Source of the DNA: Octopus vulgaris | Taxonomy: Eukaryota | Direction: 5' to 3' | DNA length: 64,000 nt | Assembly (NCBI GenBank): GCA_951406725.2 | Contig: OX597830.1 | Location: 38,316,001-38,380,000, forward strand | Shown: one piece after another, positions 24,771-39,120 of the stretch | How positions within the stretch are numbered: position 1 is the first letter of the stretch | Layout: each line of letters starts with the position of its first letter | Position numbers and translations under genes: made by a program | The notes under the pieces: generated by a model | Databases searched by the model: none | Seen by the model: only the letters and a program-made list of their open reading frames with translations | Told to the model about the DNA's origin: nothing

Positions 24771-25354
24771 GATACATTTCTTTGAGTTTCTTTTTTTTTT
24801 TCCCCGAAGTGGTCAAGGCAAATCTATTTAGTTCTTTCAATGAATTCTCCCCTGGGGGATGTCAATTTGTGATCACTATCTTCGTAAATCACATAACGTA
24901 TCTACAATTTTATCAAAACTATATAATACGTATACACAAATACGCACACACGCACACACAGGCACGTACAATCACACATATACACCTATGTTTCGTATAC
25001 ATCACAATTCAAGTTTTAAAAGTAAAATTTAGGCAATTGGATGAATTTTGCAAATGTACATAAGTAAAACCTAGACCATCCATTAAACCTGCGTATCATA
25101 CACTGCATTAACACATTAAATTAGTGTATTGATATGGTTTTAATAATTTTGTCCCTTCCATCGAGGTCGACTTTGCCGTTCATCCTTTCGGATGCGTACT
25201 GCGGTCGATATAATCAACTGAACCCCTCCCCCCAAATTTCTAGCCTTGTGCCTAGAGTACAAAAAATATTTTTTGCACCTTATATTCAATGACACAGACA
25301 TATATCCATAATAATATATATCTATCTATCTATCTACCTCCCCCCGCTCTTTCT

Positions 25355-25397
<43 letters not shown>

Positions 25398-25471
25398 TTA
25401 TTTGAGGAAATAAAATCCAAAGTTACAAGGAAAAAAATTCAATTTAGAAATACTAAATCAAATTTCACACA

Positions 25472-25522
<51 letters not shown>

Positions 25523-25702
25523 TAGAAAAGAAAACCCTAATTCTTCATAATGAAGAATTTAATTACACCATCTACAAAATTACATATAATATAAAAATCA
25601 AAATTCAAATAACAATAAAATGTCAAAGATTAGGTAAGTTGCAAAAAATAATAATAATAACGTATATAATAGGTATATAAACGTATAAATATAATATAAA
25701 CG

Positions 25703-25758
<56 letters not shown>

Positions 25759-25849
25759 GTATATTTGTACACGCATAAATATACGGATGTCGAACACGTA
25801 AATCATTCTGTCCTAAGATGACAAAGCCCCTAATGTGAATAATGATGAT

Positions 25850-25948
25850 AATAGTAATAATGATAATAATAACAACAATAACAAAAGTAGTAGTAATGTT
25901 AGTCGTAGTTATAGTTGCAGCAGCAGCAGTAGTAGTAGTAATAGTAGC

Positions 25949-25983
<35 letters not shown>

Positions 25984-26100
25984 CAGTAGCAGCTGCAGCA
26001 GCAGTAGTAGTAGCAGCAGTGTCAGTAGTAGTAGTTGTAGTTGTAGTAGTTGTAGTAGTAGCAGTAGTAGTAGTAGTAGTAGGAAGAAGAAGAAGAAAAA
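25850..26100. repeat. Compound (AAT)/(AGT)/(AGC)/(AAG) trinucleotide microsatellite
   Basis: Seen directly in the sequence. Confidence 0.9.
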
Positions 26101-26624
26101 ACAAAACGAATAGAAGGAATGTAAAGGTGACGGTAGCTATATTTGGTAAGACTGCAAGAAAGCATTTGATAATATATCGCAGTAATGGCTTTCATGGGAA
26201 CATTAACCGATTTTCTTATTTTTATTTCTGTTATAACTTTAGAGCTAGTGATGAAATCCTCCGAATTAAAAATAAAAAGCGGAAATGAATGATTAGATAG
26301 CGTGAAAATCCGTTAGGTAATACTGCCTCGGCTGTATTTTCGCTTGCGTCGATCGTTTTAAAAAGCTTGCTCATAAAAAAACTTGATCAGCTTATGAGAT
26401 TGATAAGAAGAGTACGAGAATACATCATGTCTATATAAATGATCTCATTTACACGCCAAAAGAAAAGCAATAACAGATTTAGTTTTTTTCCTTTTTCACA
26501 AATAGTTAAACTATAGAGCAGATATACTTTTGGGAAGAATAAGGGTGAAAGCAGGGTAAAATGTTAAATAAATTACGGTGATATCATCAGATCACTAAAT
26601 AATAGTGTGGTAATTTTTTTTATT

Positions 26625-27220
26625 CCAGGCACAAAATTTTGGGGGAGGGGGCCAGTCGATTACATCGACCCCAGTACGCAACTGGTACTTAATTTATCGA
26701 TCCCGAAAGGATGAGAGGCAAAGTTGACCTCAGCAGAATTTGAACTCAGAACGTAATGACAGACAAAATACCGCTAAACATTTCGTCCGGCGTGCTTACA
26801 TTTCTTATTTCTTTATTGCCCGCAAGTGGCTAAACATAGAGGGGACAAAGAAGAAAAGACAAAAGGATTAAGCCGATTACATCGACCCTAGTGCATAAAT
26901 GGTACTTAATTTATCGACCCCGAAAGGATGAAAGGCAAAGTCGACTTCGGAGGAATTTGAACTCAGAATGTAATGACAGACGAAATACCTATTTCTTTAC
27001 TAACTACGAGGGGCTAAACACAGAGAGGACAAACAAGGACAGACAAACGGATTAAGTCAATTATATCGACCCCAGTGCGTAAGTGGTACTAATTTAATCG
27101 ACCCCGAAAGGATGGAAAGCAAAGTCAACTTCGGTGGAATTTGAACTCAGAACGTAGCGGCAGACAAAATAACACTAAGCATTTCGCCCGGTGTGCTAAC
27201 GTTTCTGCCAGCTCGCCGCA
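26625..27220 (-). mobile_element. Cluster of three nested/tandem family-B SINEs
   Basis: Three copies of atcgaccccagt...ggtacttaatttatcga.cccgaaaggatg...aatttgaactcagaa starting at ~26660, ~26880 and ~27065. Confidence 0.85.
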
Positions 27221-27285
27221 GTCTGATAATGTAATGGAAATGAAAATTAAGAAGTATTCAAAAAGTAAATGATAAGGGCTTAGAA

Positions 27286-27513
27286 CAGTGGCTCGCAACC
27301 ATTTTTTACTTATGAACCTCTTTGATTCCTATTTTCCGTCATTGCCTTTCTTACTGTATTTTTATGATTAAATATCATTAGGATTTGTACAAATCAAACT
27401 GTATTGTAGAATTATTAGCAATTTTTGCAAACAAATTTTGAGAACAAATTCTTATGCAGACCCTGAAGAACAATATTGACAGCGACTGATGGCGATTGGT
27501 TTAGAAGATACTG
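27286..27513. mobile_element. Possible hAT-like MITE remnant
   Basis: Ends cagtggctcgcaacc and ggtttagaagatactg resemble decayed CAGTGGTTCTCAACC-type terminal inverted repeats. Confidence 0.3.
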
Positions 27514-29589
27514 CAGTGAAAACTAAAAAATGGTAATATTATAAAAACAACACACCTGAGGGTCACGCCAGTGTTGAAGTTAACTAGTACGGTCTTAAAT
27601 TGGACAAAAACTGAAAGCAAGTATTGAATAGAACTAGGTAAGTACTTATAATTTATAACACTCAAGTATAACATGACAAATCTCTATTTCCCAAGAAATG
27701 GAGGTAGCTGAGGAAGATACATTATCAAATCTCAAAATGAAGCCTTCAGTAGTCAGTTTTGATAGTGAAAGTTTGAACTGTTTCAGGTTTAAATCTCTTT
27801 GTGTATATAAGTTCTTAAAATATAGGTTCTACTTTTGACTGGTCATAAACTTGATGTCGTCGCTGAGTTTCGTCCGCCTGTGGACTTGTATTTTGGTTGA
27901 ATGGCTACATTAAAATGTCCCTTGTTTTCGGTCGCTTTGGTCACGTATTTTGTTTGGCTAATGTCAAGCGTAGTGGTTGTTTGACTTCCCTGTTCCATCA
28001 TTTGCTTATCGGCGGCTTTTGCCACTTGTTTTCGACCTGCCAAAATTCACTGATCTGACTATTCTTTTTTATTTTCTGCCAACCCCATTCCTTCTGCAAA
28101 GGTCTACATGACTTGCTGTTGTTCCAGTTGCTGGATTCCATTATGAAGTCATTTGTCTCGATTAGCTGAGTATTTAGTAATTCTTTTCTGAGGGTCAGAA
28201 TTTGACCAGTTTGAAATCTAATTAGTTAAACCTAGGCTTTATCTTTAACTAGTGTTGCGAAAGTGCAAAGTGTAATTGTACTGTAGTTTGAAGTTAGGCT
28301 TTTGAATTCCGGAGGAGGCTCGTATCTTCACCTTTATTTTTATATATATTTCTGTTTTTATAATCATTTTTAATATAAAAGTTAAGTTTTCTAATTCTCG
28401 TGTGTTGTATTAGATATTTAGAAGTGGTTTAAATTTCTTTTAAAAACGAACTCTCCTACATACTTTCCTGCGTGACAATAAATCTCTTTTCTCCATATAC
28501 ATAGCGTATATGACTGTGCGTGTGTAGATCCCCCTAAGTGTGTGAGAGCGTATTATGGTGCATATATACTGTATTTAGTACGAATGTCACCAACAGGTGA
28601 TTTGTGAGCATGTGGAATATAGAATGGGAAGGCTTTTATCAGAACTGCTTTATATCAAAATATTTTTTGAAATCCAAGAAATTGTTGCCAAAAGCTAAAC
28701 AATAGTGCCTTGATTAGGATTTCAATGTAATCTTTGAATTGAAACAACAAAGAATTGTCTCGCCTGTATCAATAGACTGACAAAATTAAATTGAATAAAT
28801 TCATAAATCGCGTTCAAATCAGTTATGTCCAATTTACTCTGTATTCAGGAATAATTATGGTAATTCATAACTATAATCATTGTGATGATTAAGAAGAAAA
28901 CAAAATGTATACTGCTATTTAATTTTATTATAATCTTATTCTCAGACTTTTCAAGCGAGATCCTCTTGCACCGAATTTTGTACAATAGTTGGTGGAGAAT
29001 TGACTGATATGAATACGGGATTAGCCTGCATGCTGTGTCAATTTTTCATTTACTTCAGTCTTGTTGATTTTCCGTTTATTAAGGTGCCTGGAATGATCAT
29101 TCTGTGTGTTGGAAGGCCTCTATTGCGTGAATAATTGGTTTATCCCCAATAAATTAAAAAAGTGGGCTTAGTTCTTTTTTTGTTGGGTGGGGAACACATT
29201 TTAATAGGTACAAATTGTTTGATTTGCTTGCCGGATAGAATGGCAATGCAAATAGTATATGAAACAAGGAGCATGATTTTCAAGGGAAACAAGTGATATC
29301 ATTGCCGATGGAAGAAAAACATCAAATATATATTTATAGATTCACAAATAACATTTTCTTACCACGACTTGACAAAGTTGGATTGACCAAGCAATGTGTG
29401 GAGGCATTAGAACGAAAAATGTGACTACTTCAAATAATATGATTACTTTAATTAGAAAGATTCCGCGATTGAATATATAAAAACAATAAACACACGCAAT
29501 ATTGAAGATTTCAAGTTGCGAAATATCATTTAGAATTCAGATAGTGTAAAATTTAGAATTAATACTCCGGTATTTTCCTGGTGTAGCTA

Positions 29590-30130
29590 TGTCTCAATGT
29601 CATTTCGGAGTCTTTGCAGCCTCTGGATGCCGAGTAGTCTCTTTAAGCACTTGTACAGGAAGTTTTCCGTTGTATTTTCTCTCCATTTTTGTCACTGTTT
29701 AGTTTTCACATGTGTAGATCAATGTCTTTAACTGATTCAGTTTCGTTTTGAGGACTATACATTTGTTTCTTCATACCTTTCTTTTGTAAATTCTTTTTAG
29801 ACTTTGGATATTCAGTTTTTATATTCTCCGACAACTGGCATCATGAAGATCATTAACGAAGTTAGAGGTGCACACTGGGACTTGTCGGACATGTCGGACA
29901 TGATCGGGAAAGAGATTGTATGATGGAACCGACGTGGTGGCCTGACGGGTAAAGAGCAGTAGAGCTCCCTAAAAACACATGGCGAAGCCTCATTGACAAG
30001 GAAAGGAGATAAGAATGATAGGAAAAAAACTGGAATGATACCAGAACAATTGCAGAACACAGAGCTACTTAGAGAGATCATGTTGCAGGCCTTATGTGAT
30101 TCATGGTACTGAGAGACCTAAGTAACCAAG
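29590..30130. pseudogene. RTE-clade LINE 3' end with 5' inversion (29590-29800 minus, 29810-30130 plus)
   Basis: The minus part gives V*RNKCIVLKTKL, LIYTCEN*TVTK and KCLKRLLGIQ. The plus part gives GHV, KNTWR and WNDTRTIAEHRAT, followed by a taagtaa tail. Confidence 0.65.
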
Positions 30131-30396
30131 CAAGCCGCTAACTAATTAACTAACTGGCTGTGTGTGCAAAACTTTGCCAGCAATTCAAAGACAACCATAC
30201 ATCTGGCTTTTCTATATCATATCTCCATCTCTAGGGTTTTAGGGTTTCGGTCCTGCAAAGAGCTGTATAACGTACATTTGAAATAATATAAGAATCTTTG
30301 ACCATTTCATTAACTCAGCTTTATGTACCTTCAATTTCCGAACAGAATAAGCGTGACATTACATACAAGCGTCCAAGCACGAATACATACTTAGAA

Positions 30397-30433
<37 letters not shown>

Positions 30434-30845
30434 CATTAATTTATGTAAATGTACATATATATTTATTTCTATATATACACACATATATGTTCGCATGCTT
30501 GTATGCATGCATGAATTAATATATATATCAAAAGTTTGGCACAAGGCCTGCAACTTTGGCGAACAGTTAAGTGATTTACTTCTATCCTTGATGAAGAGCA
30601 AAGCGGACCTAGCCAAAGTTTGGACTCGGATCGCATGGACGGAAGAACTACTGCTAAATATTTGGCCGGAGTGATAATGTCCCACACACATGTATATATA
30701 CGTAAGTGTGTGTGTGCTTACGTCCTCGTAACCTAGCGGTTCGGTAGAAGAGACCGATAGAGTAAGTACCAGGTTTAGGAAGAACTTGTCCAGGGCTCTC
30801 TTTATTCGTGTACTTCAATCATTTGCTGGAAACCTGCGCACATAC

Positions 30846-30893
<48 letters not shown>

Positions 30894-30896
30894 TTT

Positions 30897-30930
<34 letters not shown>

Positions 30931-31002
30931 AAATATATATATTATATATATATATACATACATATACATATATATATACATATATATACATATATATATA
31001 TT

Positions 31003-31127
<125 letters not shown>

Positions 31128-32398
31128 TATGTGTATACTTGAACATCCTACGTTTTCTGTACAAGAAACTGAGAGTAGAGGAGGCTGACTGCATAAAAAT
31201 AGATATCATTTATCTCTCCCATTTTACTGAGCAGGGCTTTTCCCCGAACAACTTATACTAAACGGATATATAAGTAACGTAATTTACTTAGATATAATCT
31301 ATAGTGATATTCTCTATTCATGAATATTAACTGTTGTCAACATTAATATAATATCTCGCTATAAATGTGCATACCTCGCCCTACGAAAGTCTAATAATCG
31401 GTTCTGTGATCATGTACTAAGATTTATAAGCCTCGTTTTGAACCCTTAGGTATAACAGCTGTTAAATGAAACTCCAATGATTAAAGCCAACGAGATATCC
31501 GTCGCATATTTTTTTACAAATATTCTTGACATTGATGGATCGATTTCAAGCATAACATAGAATAAAAGAAAAAGAATGAACGAAAAATTAGTTGGCAGAG
31601 AAAATAATACCTAAAGTTACGGGTTAAATTTTTGTACTTGATACAATATTTTCTAATTGAGATTTGAGACTGAACAGTATGCCAAATATGCAGAACTAGA
31701 ATTATTAATATTATTACAGTAATTAAAACATGTACTGTTTCAGAATTTCAATGTAATTAGGATATGTGCGTTTATTTCAGAAAGTAGACGAATGTGTCAT
31801 AGTCATTTCTACGGTAATTGCTGGTTGTGTGAATTATATGCATTTAATTATTAAATTTAATTATATTAAGTAGCAAGTAAATAACGTATGCGATCATGGC
31901 TGCCAACCAATTTTCGACTGCAATATTAAATCTTAATTTAAACTCAACAAGTTTGATATTGTGCCGAGAATCCACTCTCAGTGCACGTATGTAGATACTG
32001 AACTAAAAGACAGTACGTGTATTCAAACAACAAAGATATTATTTAATATAATGTGATAACCTTTCCGCTATATAAACGGCTATAGTATGCATACCCCCAT
32101 TAGTATCATTGCTAGATTGTTTATTGATGTTACTCTCTAAGCCATTCATTTTTATAAACTGTTTATAAACTTTTTATATTCAGGTTATCTGAAATCGTGC
32201 GTGTAACTGAAGGATATCATGTTATAATTCACTCACGGGTAGTAACAACTTTATAAATCTGATGATTTTTTTGATATTCTAATGCTGATGTAAATTACTA
32301 AACAACATTCTTTGTACAAACCAATGCGTATACATATCTATTCTGGTGCTAATTCAGGAAATGACAACAAGTAAGGAAAAGAAAAACCCACTCTTGTG

Positions 32399-32451
<53 letters not shown>

Positions 32452-33183
32452 GAGGGAGAGAGAGAGAGAGAGATGGATGGATGGATGGATGGATGGATGG
32501 ATGGATGGATGGATATTTTTATTGAGTTAGAAAACAGGGAGTTCTAATGGGTACAAATTACTTTAGTTATTAATCAACATATTTGCCAACAATTATTTCT
32601 TTTCTCAAATAAGATTAAAATTACAAAACATACATAAAAATATGCTTTTGCTTTTTAAATACCTTATAAGAAAAATTGTCAGGGTTTTCAGAGAACAATA
32701 AGCATTACATTCGGATACTTTCAAAATATACAGAATATAGAAGCATGTTTACTATGTGTGTGCTTATATGTTTGTACGTATGCGTAAAATTATTCCTTTT
32801 ATTTCAATTCAATAATAGTAATATTAACATAAATGATGGTTTAAATAATATATGGGCAAATTAGTATAATGAATAAGAGAAAGTGAGCGTAAAGGAAAAT
32901 AAAAATAGAAATAATATTTCTCTTAATGGAACAAAATAAAGTGAAAGTGAAACAAACTTTACAAACTTTATATCATTGTTTATACATGTTTGTGCGTGTA
33001 TGCACCGACGTGCATGCCTCCAAGCACATATATAATATACACACACACATACATATACGCACACGCACGCATACGCATCAAGTAGGTACATCGATACGAA
33101 CATCAATATGCATTTGTAATTGTATATATGTTCATTACTTATTCAGTCCTTGGGTTTATAGTTTGGTTTATATATGTGTCTGC

Positions 33184-33249
<66 letters not shown>

Positions 33250-33253
<4 letters not shown>

Positions 33254-33382
33254 CAATTGAGGGTAAAATTAATTAATTATTAATCAATTTCACCAAGTAT
33301 TCAGTATGTAAAGGGACCATTTAAGGCGAATTCAAAATATTACATTATATTTTACTAAGCCCTTTTATATAATGTAATATTT

Positions 33383-33385
<3 letters not shown>
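33250..33385 (-). mobile_element. 3'-terminal fragment of the 556-bp retrozyme-like family, in (TA)n
   Basis: Reverse complement of ~40180-40277, followed by a short inverted piece ttttactaagcccttttatataatgtaatatttt. Flanked by (TA)n. Confidence 0.8.
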
Positions 33386-33445
<60 letters not shown>

Positions 33446-34407
33446 ATCATCATTCACGTTGTTATCAATAGTCCCGCTCCATTCCTCTTTGCCTCCTCCT
33501 CCTTCTCTTCTTCTTTCTCCTCCTTATCCACCTCCTCCTCCTCCTCATCATCATCATCATCATGCATCTCATATCGAATACTGCTCTTGGTGTTACCATT
33601 ATTATCTCAATTGACATCATCTGAAATAATAATTTGCTCGTAAAATTATTGCATAAGTTTGCATAGTGTTTGGTTTCTACGAGTGCGATAAGCTCCATCC
33701 AAGTGAGCAACTCGCTTTTATCTCATGAAATTATGTGAGAATGAAATGCGAGTCAGCACAGTGGGATTTTGGTGTAAATGTCAAAGATATATAAATATTA
33801 TACAACACTGCACCAGGTTCTCCTCAAAATTTACTATTCAACAATCCATGACAAAATTCATTCACCACTCATAATAATCCATTAATAATATACAATAGTT
33901 TATTCATCGCTCGCGTGTTTCACTTTACTATACATCATACGTAATAATTATATTTCCATATTCATTCCCCTACGTGATTGCATGCGTATCTGTTACAATT
34001 CCCCTACGTGAATACATGCGTATTTGTGACAATTTTTACTTTCGTTTGTGTTTAGCATTTATTTCGGAATTACATAAATAACTTCTATTCTTACTTTAAT
34101 AATTCATAGGATTATTTTGGAAAATTTTTCAAACTATTCAAGGACAGCAAAATTATTCATAGAATTACTACAAACATGCTTTTTTCATGTCCCTGGCCCA
34201 CCATGTTTAGTACCTTAAAGATCAAGGGATCCCATGTGATATCAGGTAGAAAATAATAGATCATCCAGACCCATATATTAATGGGAGTGGCCGTTGCAAA
34301 ATGTGGATCGCGGAGAATGCCAAAACTCTTAAGGACTATACCATGTATAGGACTATATATGTATATATATATAAGTATAGATAAATATATATGTATATAT
34401 ACATATA

Positions 34408-34452
<45 letters not shown>

Positions 34453-34473
34453 GTATATATATATATACATATA

Positions 34474-34576
<103 letters not shown>

Positions 34577-34700
34577 GTATATGCATATATATATATATAT
34601 GTATGTATGTATATATACATATATATATAATACTATATTTCTTCCTCCTCCTCACGTTGTGTTGTTTCCTCTTTGTTTTCATGTTTGGATTAACTTTATA

Positions 34701-35211
34701 TCTATATATATATAAAAATGTAGTTGTGTGAGTGTCTGTCCCCTTCGATTTAGATTCCTAACTACTCCCACATTTTGCGGTGCAGTTTAACCAAATTCGG
34801 GTATCTTATAGTCGTGATTCATATCGAGCCCGTCTGAGTATTAGCGCGCGTCTACGATGAGTCTACGATTTAAAAAATAATTTAACATCATTTTTTATTC
34901 CATTTTAATGCATAATTTTTCGTGTGTCGATGGCGGTAGAGTTGACGTCCATTGTCACACCTGCACCTGTTTGCTTCTCCCCCTTCTTCCCTCCCTCGTG
35001 AAGCTGTGGGGAAGGGAGTGTAAGGAAATCAACGTCGTAAAGCGTTGTCAAGGAGACCAGCGTTCTTTTAGAACAACGACTTCATGGCTTGAAGCCACCA
35101 AAACAGAAATGGCTAAGCCCGAATTGGCATCTATAAGGGAAGTAACTCTCTAAAAATGCTTATATAGTTATTTCCCTTACAAACCCGAGCAACGCCGGGC
35201 GATACTGCTAG
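34701..35211 (+). mobile_element. Non-autonomous Helitron
   Basis: 5' TC, 3' hairpin cccgagcaacgccggg and terminal CTAG, inserted between A and T. Second copy at 51931-52441. Confidence 0.82.
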
Positions 35212-35254
35212 TGTATATATATATATATATGTATGTATGTATTTATACATATAT

Positions 35255-35683
35255 AGTCAATTCAAACAATGAAAATAAAAACAGACAATAAAAGAATAAA
35301 CTAACTTGTGGGCGTGCAAAGAAATATACTAATCTGACACTAAGTGAAAGGAGGGGTGTTGTTAATGATTCGAGCATAGCTCTTCGTCGGAAACAGGACT
35401 GACCAAAGAGAAAGAAGGAAAACTAAGGGAACATCGTCAGCAGTCCACGTGCGGGTGCATAGCTGAAGGGGCAGAATGTGGAGGGAGAAAAAGCAAGTCG
35501 TTTTTGGAACAGGACAGTGTGAAGATGGTCGGTATGTGAGTATGCGTGTGGTGTGTGTGTGGTAGCGTGTGTTCGTGTGTGTATTTGTATTTGTGTTTGT
35601 ATTCATTTGTTTGGGTGCGTGCGTGTATGTTTCCCTGTGTGTCACTCTGTCTGTCCGTCCGTCTCCCTCTTGTTCTCTCTCTC

Positions 35684-35714
<31 letters not shown>

Positions 35715-37645
35715 CTGCGTGTACGTGTGTGTGTGGAGGATTGTATGTGGGGGAAATATATATTCGTTCATGTGTGTGTGCATGCGCATATTAGAGGCAG
35801 AGTGTGTGAGGTGAAATCTGTCTGTAGGTACGCGTGGTAGGGTATAAGGGGTGGATGACAAGTCTGTGTATACGTTGGCATCGTTATTAATGTTTGTGTT
35901 AGTGGGTCTGAGTATGGATCTGTTCATGTGTCAGTTTGTATATGTATATATGCGAATGAATGTGTGGAGTGTGTATGTGGGTGTGCGCGTATATGTGCCT
36001 CTATGTTGGTGTGGGTGTGGCTATGTATGTGTATATGTATGAGTGTGTATGTAGGTGTGTGTATGCATGAGTAGGAGTGCATGCGTATGAAGGTGTGTAT
36101 GAGTGTGTGAGTATGTGAAAAAAATTAATTAAAAATACGAGTTAGAAACTAAAAGCATGAGAAAAAGCAATTTTAAAAAATAAAAATAATACAAAATAAA
36201 TAATAAGAAAATAAGAATTAGAAATAACAAAATCGAAAGAAGTTGATATAACTAAATCAGTAGCGGAAATAAGCCAAAAAAATAATAAAATAAACAAACA
36301 AAATTTAATTGAAATAAAATAAAAAATGTTTTGTAAAACGGTGTGTGGAAAAAGTCACTGAAAGGAAGGGGTTGTGATGAGTCGCAAGGAGTTTGAGTAC
36401 GTAGGCTGAAAATGTAATGCTGTTCCATGGTGTAGGGCAAGGCTGAATACGGTGATGTCTGACGTGTAGTGGTTGGCCAAGCAATAAAGTGGGAGACGGG
36501 GGTGTTCTTACATAGAGGAACGTTTCGTGGGTTTTCGGTAAATCGGTCCGCTAGCCGACACCTCGTCTAACAGAATGCTCGTCTAACCGACGTAAAGTTC
36601 ATTGCAAAGATTACACCTGATACAGTAAATAAGCTTGAAGAAGTGCAGGCGAAGGAGTTCATAATGTAGATGATGTACTGGTTGAATCCAGTGAGGAAGG
36701 TGGTGTTGGTGATGAAAGGACAAGTGTTGGCAAGGGGACCTGGAGCAAGGGAAAGATCCGGGTTGGATGGGAATGGAGGAGGTGAGGGAGCAACGGACCA
36801 AGAGATTGCGTTGGTTACAGGCGCGTTTGAAGAAGGGCAAGGGTGGATTGGGGAAATAGGGAGATGACGGAAGACATGCAGGATCTTCCGACGAAAGGGT
36901 AGTGTAGAGGTGTGGAAAAGGAGGTGAAAGGGAATGCGGTGAGGGGAAGGAGAGAGGTGGCATTGCGAGAGATTCCACGAGAGCGGGTAAGGGCAGTTTG
37001 GACAAGAGTGGATGGGTATCCGCGATGCATGAACAAGAGGGCCAGGTATTGTGACTGAGTCTCGAAATCCTCTTCCTTGCTGCACAAGCGTCGCAGGCTG
37101 AGGAACTGGGAGTAGAAGATGGCTTGTTTGGTATGGAAGGAAGGTGAGGAGGAAACGTTGAGCTATAGGTAGTAGTATATGGATTTAAAGGCGGAGGTGG
37201 TGAGAGAGTCGGTGAGGGGATCAATCGATAGAGATATATCGAGGAGGTTTACATAGTTATCAGAGGTGGTAGAGGTGAATTCGAGAGAAGGGTGGAAGTT
37301 AGAAACGAAAGAGATGAAAATGGAAAGCTGTTCGCGGGAGGGAGGTAGCGCCAATGCAGTCGTCTATATAGCGACGGTATAACTCTGGAGTCGGTCCGGA
37401 GAACTGCAAGAATATTTGGGCCCCAACGTAACCAACAAACAAGTTGGCAAAATTGGGGCCCATTCTCATTCCCATAGCGGAGCCAGACACATACCTGGCA
37501 AATCTTTCCTGCGATCTCAAAGCAGTTGAGATTGAGGACAAGTTCTGCTAGGTAGAGTAGCGTGGAAGTGCTGGGTGTGGGGTCGCGGTTACGGTAAGGA
37601 AGTGCTGGAGGGCTTAAAGGGTATCGTTATGGGTGATCACATATG
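35255..37645 (-). mobile_element. Degenerate Penelope-like element (second family) with CA-rich 3' region and pLTR hammerhead remnant
   Basis: Frameshifted fragments SGSAMGMRMGPNFANLFVG, RRYIDDCIG, FHPSLEFT, LLDISL, CSKEEDF...RGYP and (K)LIYCIRCNLCNELYVG (GIY-YIG). Minus-strand ccgacga-a-gagc-tat-gctc-gaa at 35360-35395. Confidence 0.82.
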
Positions 37646-39068
37646 ATTTAACAGGTATATTCCTCAAGTATCGTAATTTTAAAACTCACTGGAATACTTA
37701 ATTTTTCTTCTTACTTTGAATCATGTTTATTAGGCATCGTATGAAAAATATTGCCGTAAGTAACACTTTCGAAATGATCAGAAATTGCCTTACCGCGCAC
37801 TTGATACCATTATTAATCATAATCCTAATCGGAAGGATTATTTAGAGTTATTTAGCTATTCGGTATGTCAAAGGATAACACAAAGTTTGACGAAAACATC
37901 GACAGGAAATGTGTTGGGGTTTCCGTAACAACACAGATGACATTTCAAATTACATAATGTAATACTTTATATGAGATAGTGTTTCAGGTTTTCACTTTTT
38001 CTTTTAATAATTTATTAGTTTTAGTGTAATGTATTGTTAAACATTTTCAAATTTATTTGTAGATGTTTATTTTGTAGGATATTTATGTACACCAATTTTC
38101 AGAGTGTAATCGTTATGCAGAAAGTTTTATACTTACTTCCACAGGATTTATTTTTAATTTTTACCCCAGTTTTAGTTTTTCTATTATTTGAGGATGATGA
38201 TATTATATAAGCATTGCAATATTTACAATGTGCTGGGTCATCATTTCAGTTATACATATATGCATACATACCGATGTACTAGTCACTATCATCGATATGA
38301 TTTATAGCTCAATACTTTTTTATAACTGCAATGCAGGAGCAATAATTCTTTTAACGATTTTTATTGCACATTATAATAAATAACTGTTTTGAATAAAACT
38401 CTTCCGTTTTGAAGCATTAGATGGGAGTATTGTTATATTTATCTTTGAGAGATATCTAATCGCATCAGAATTATGATTACGTGCATCTCAACGCAAAGTC
38501 TATTCTTATATTTTAACGTAACGTTCCTATCGTCCACACTTTATTTGTACCTCATAACTTCTGCAACAATGGATTGCTTTTTAGCCCTGTATTTTCGTTT
38601 CCAATGAGAATTCCGCGAATATGAAGAACAGTATTTTAACTCACGTTTATTACTACTTTTACGTTACAAAGTCGAATTTCCTTACAAACACTCGTTATAC
38701 AGAATCAAATATATGTTCGCAGCAAATTTTACAGCCTCGATTTCTAACTTGGGCAATCAATATCTTATGATGCAGTGTATATTATCTAGTAGATCGCTAA
38801 ATATTTCCTCTTTTTTCTTTTCTATTCAACTATCTTTGCAATTTATTGCTACTAATATATATATATATATATATATATTACATTATATATAAGGGCTTAG
38901 TAAAATAAATTACTTTGCCACATACTGAACTCATTAGAAATAGCAGCTAAAGAAATTTCTTTAGCTATTTCTAATACTTAAAGAAGATCTCTCTCAGATA
39001 GTGTTTCCTCAAACCAACTCACAAAGGTATGGGGAAAAAACATTAAAAAATCAAGTGCAAAGGTTATT

Positions 39069-39120
39069 TGAGAACGTACGTTTCTAGATTAGTCAAATCG
39101 ACATTTCTTTCGTCAGCTCA
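39069..39120 (-). ncRNA. Hammerhead ribozyme motif (inverted copy)
   Basis: Reverse complement of 39387-39438. Confidence 0.65.

Noticed and set aside
27540-28460. Possible decayed retroelement ORF (27843-28043 minus)
   Set aside because: No diagnostic motif could be identified.
34908-35153. Similar 81-82 aa ORFs at 34908-35153 and 51974-52222
   Set aside because: They lie inside the two Helitron copies and their N-termini differ in frame; the similarity reflects the repeat, not coding constraint.
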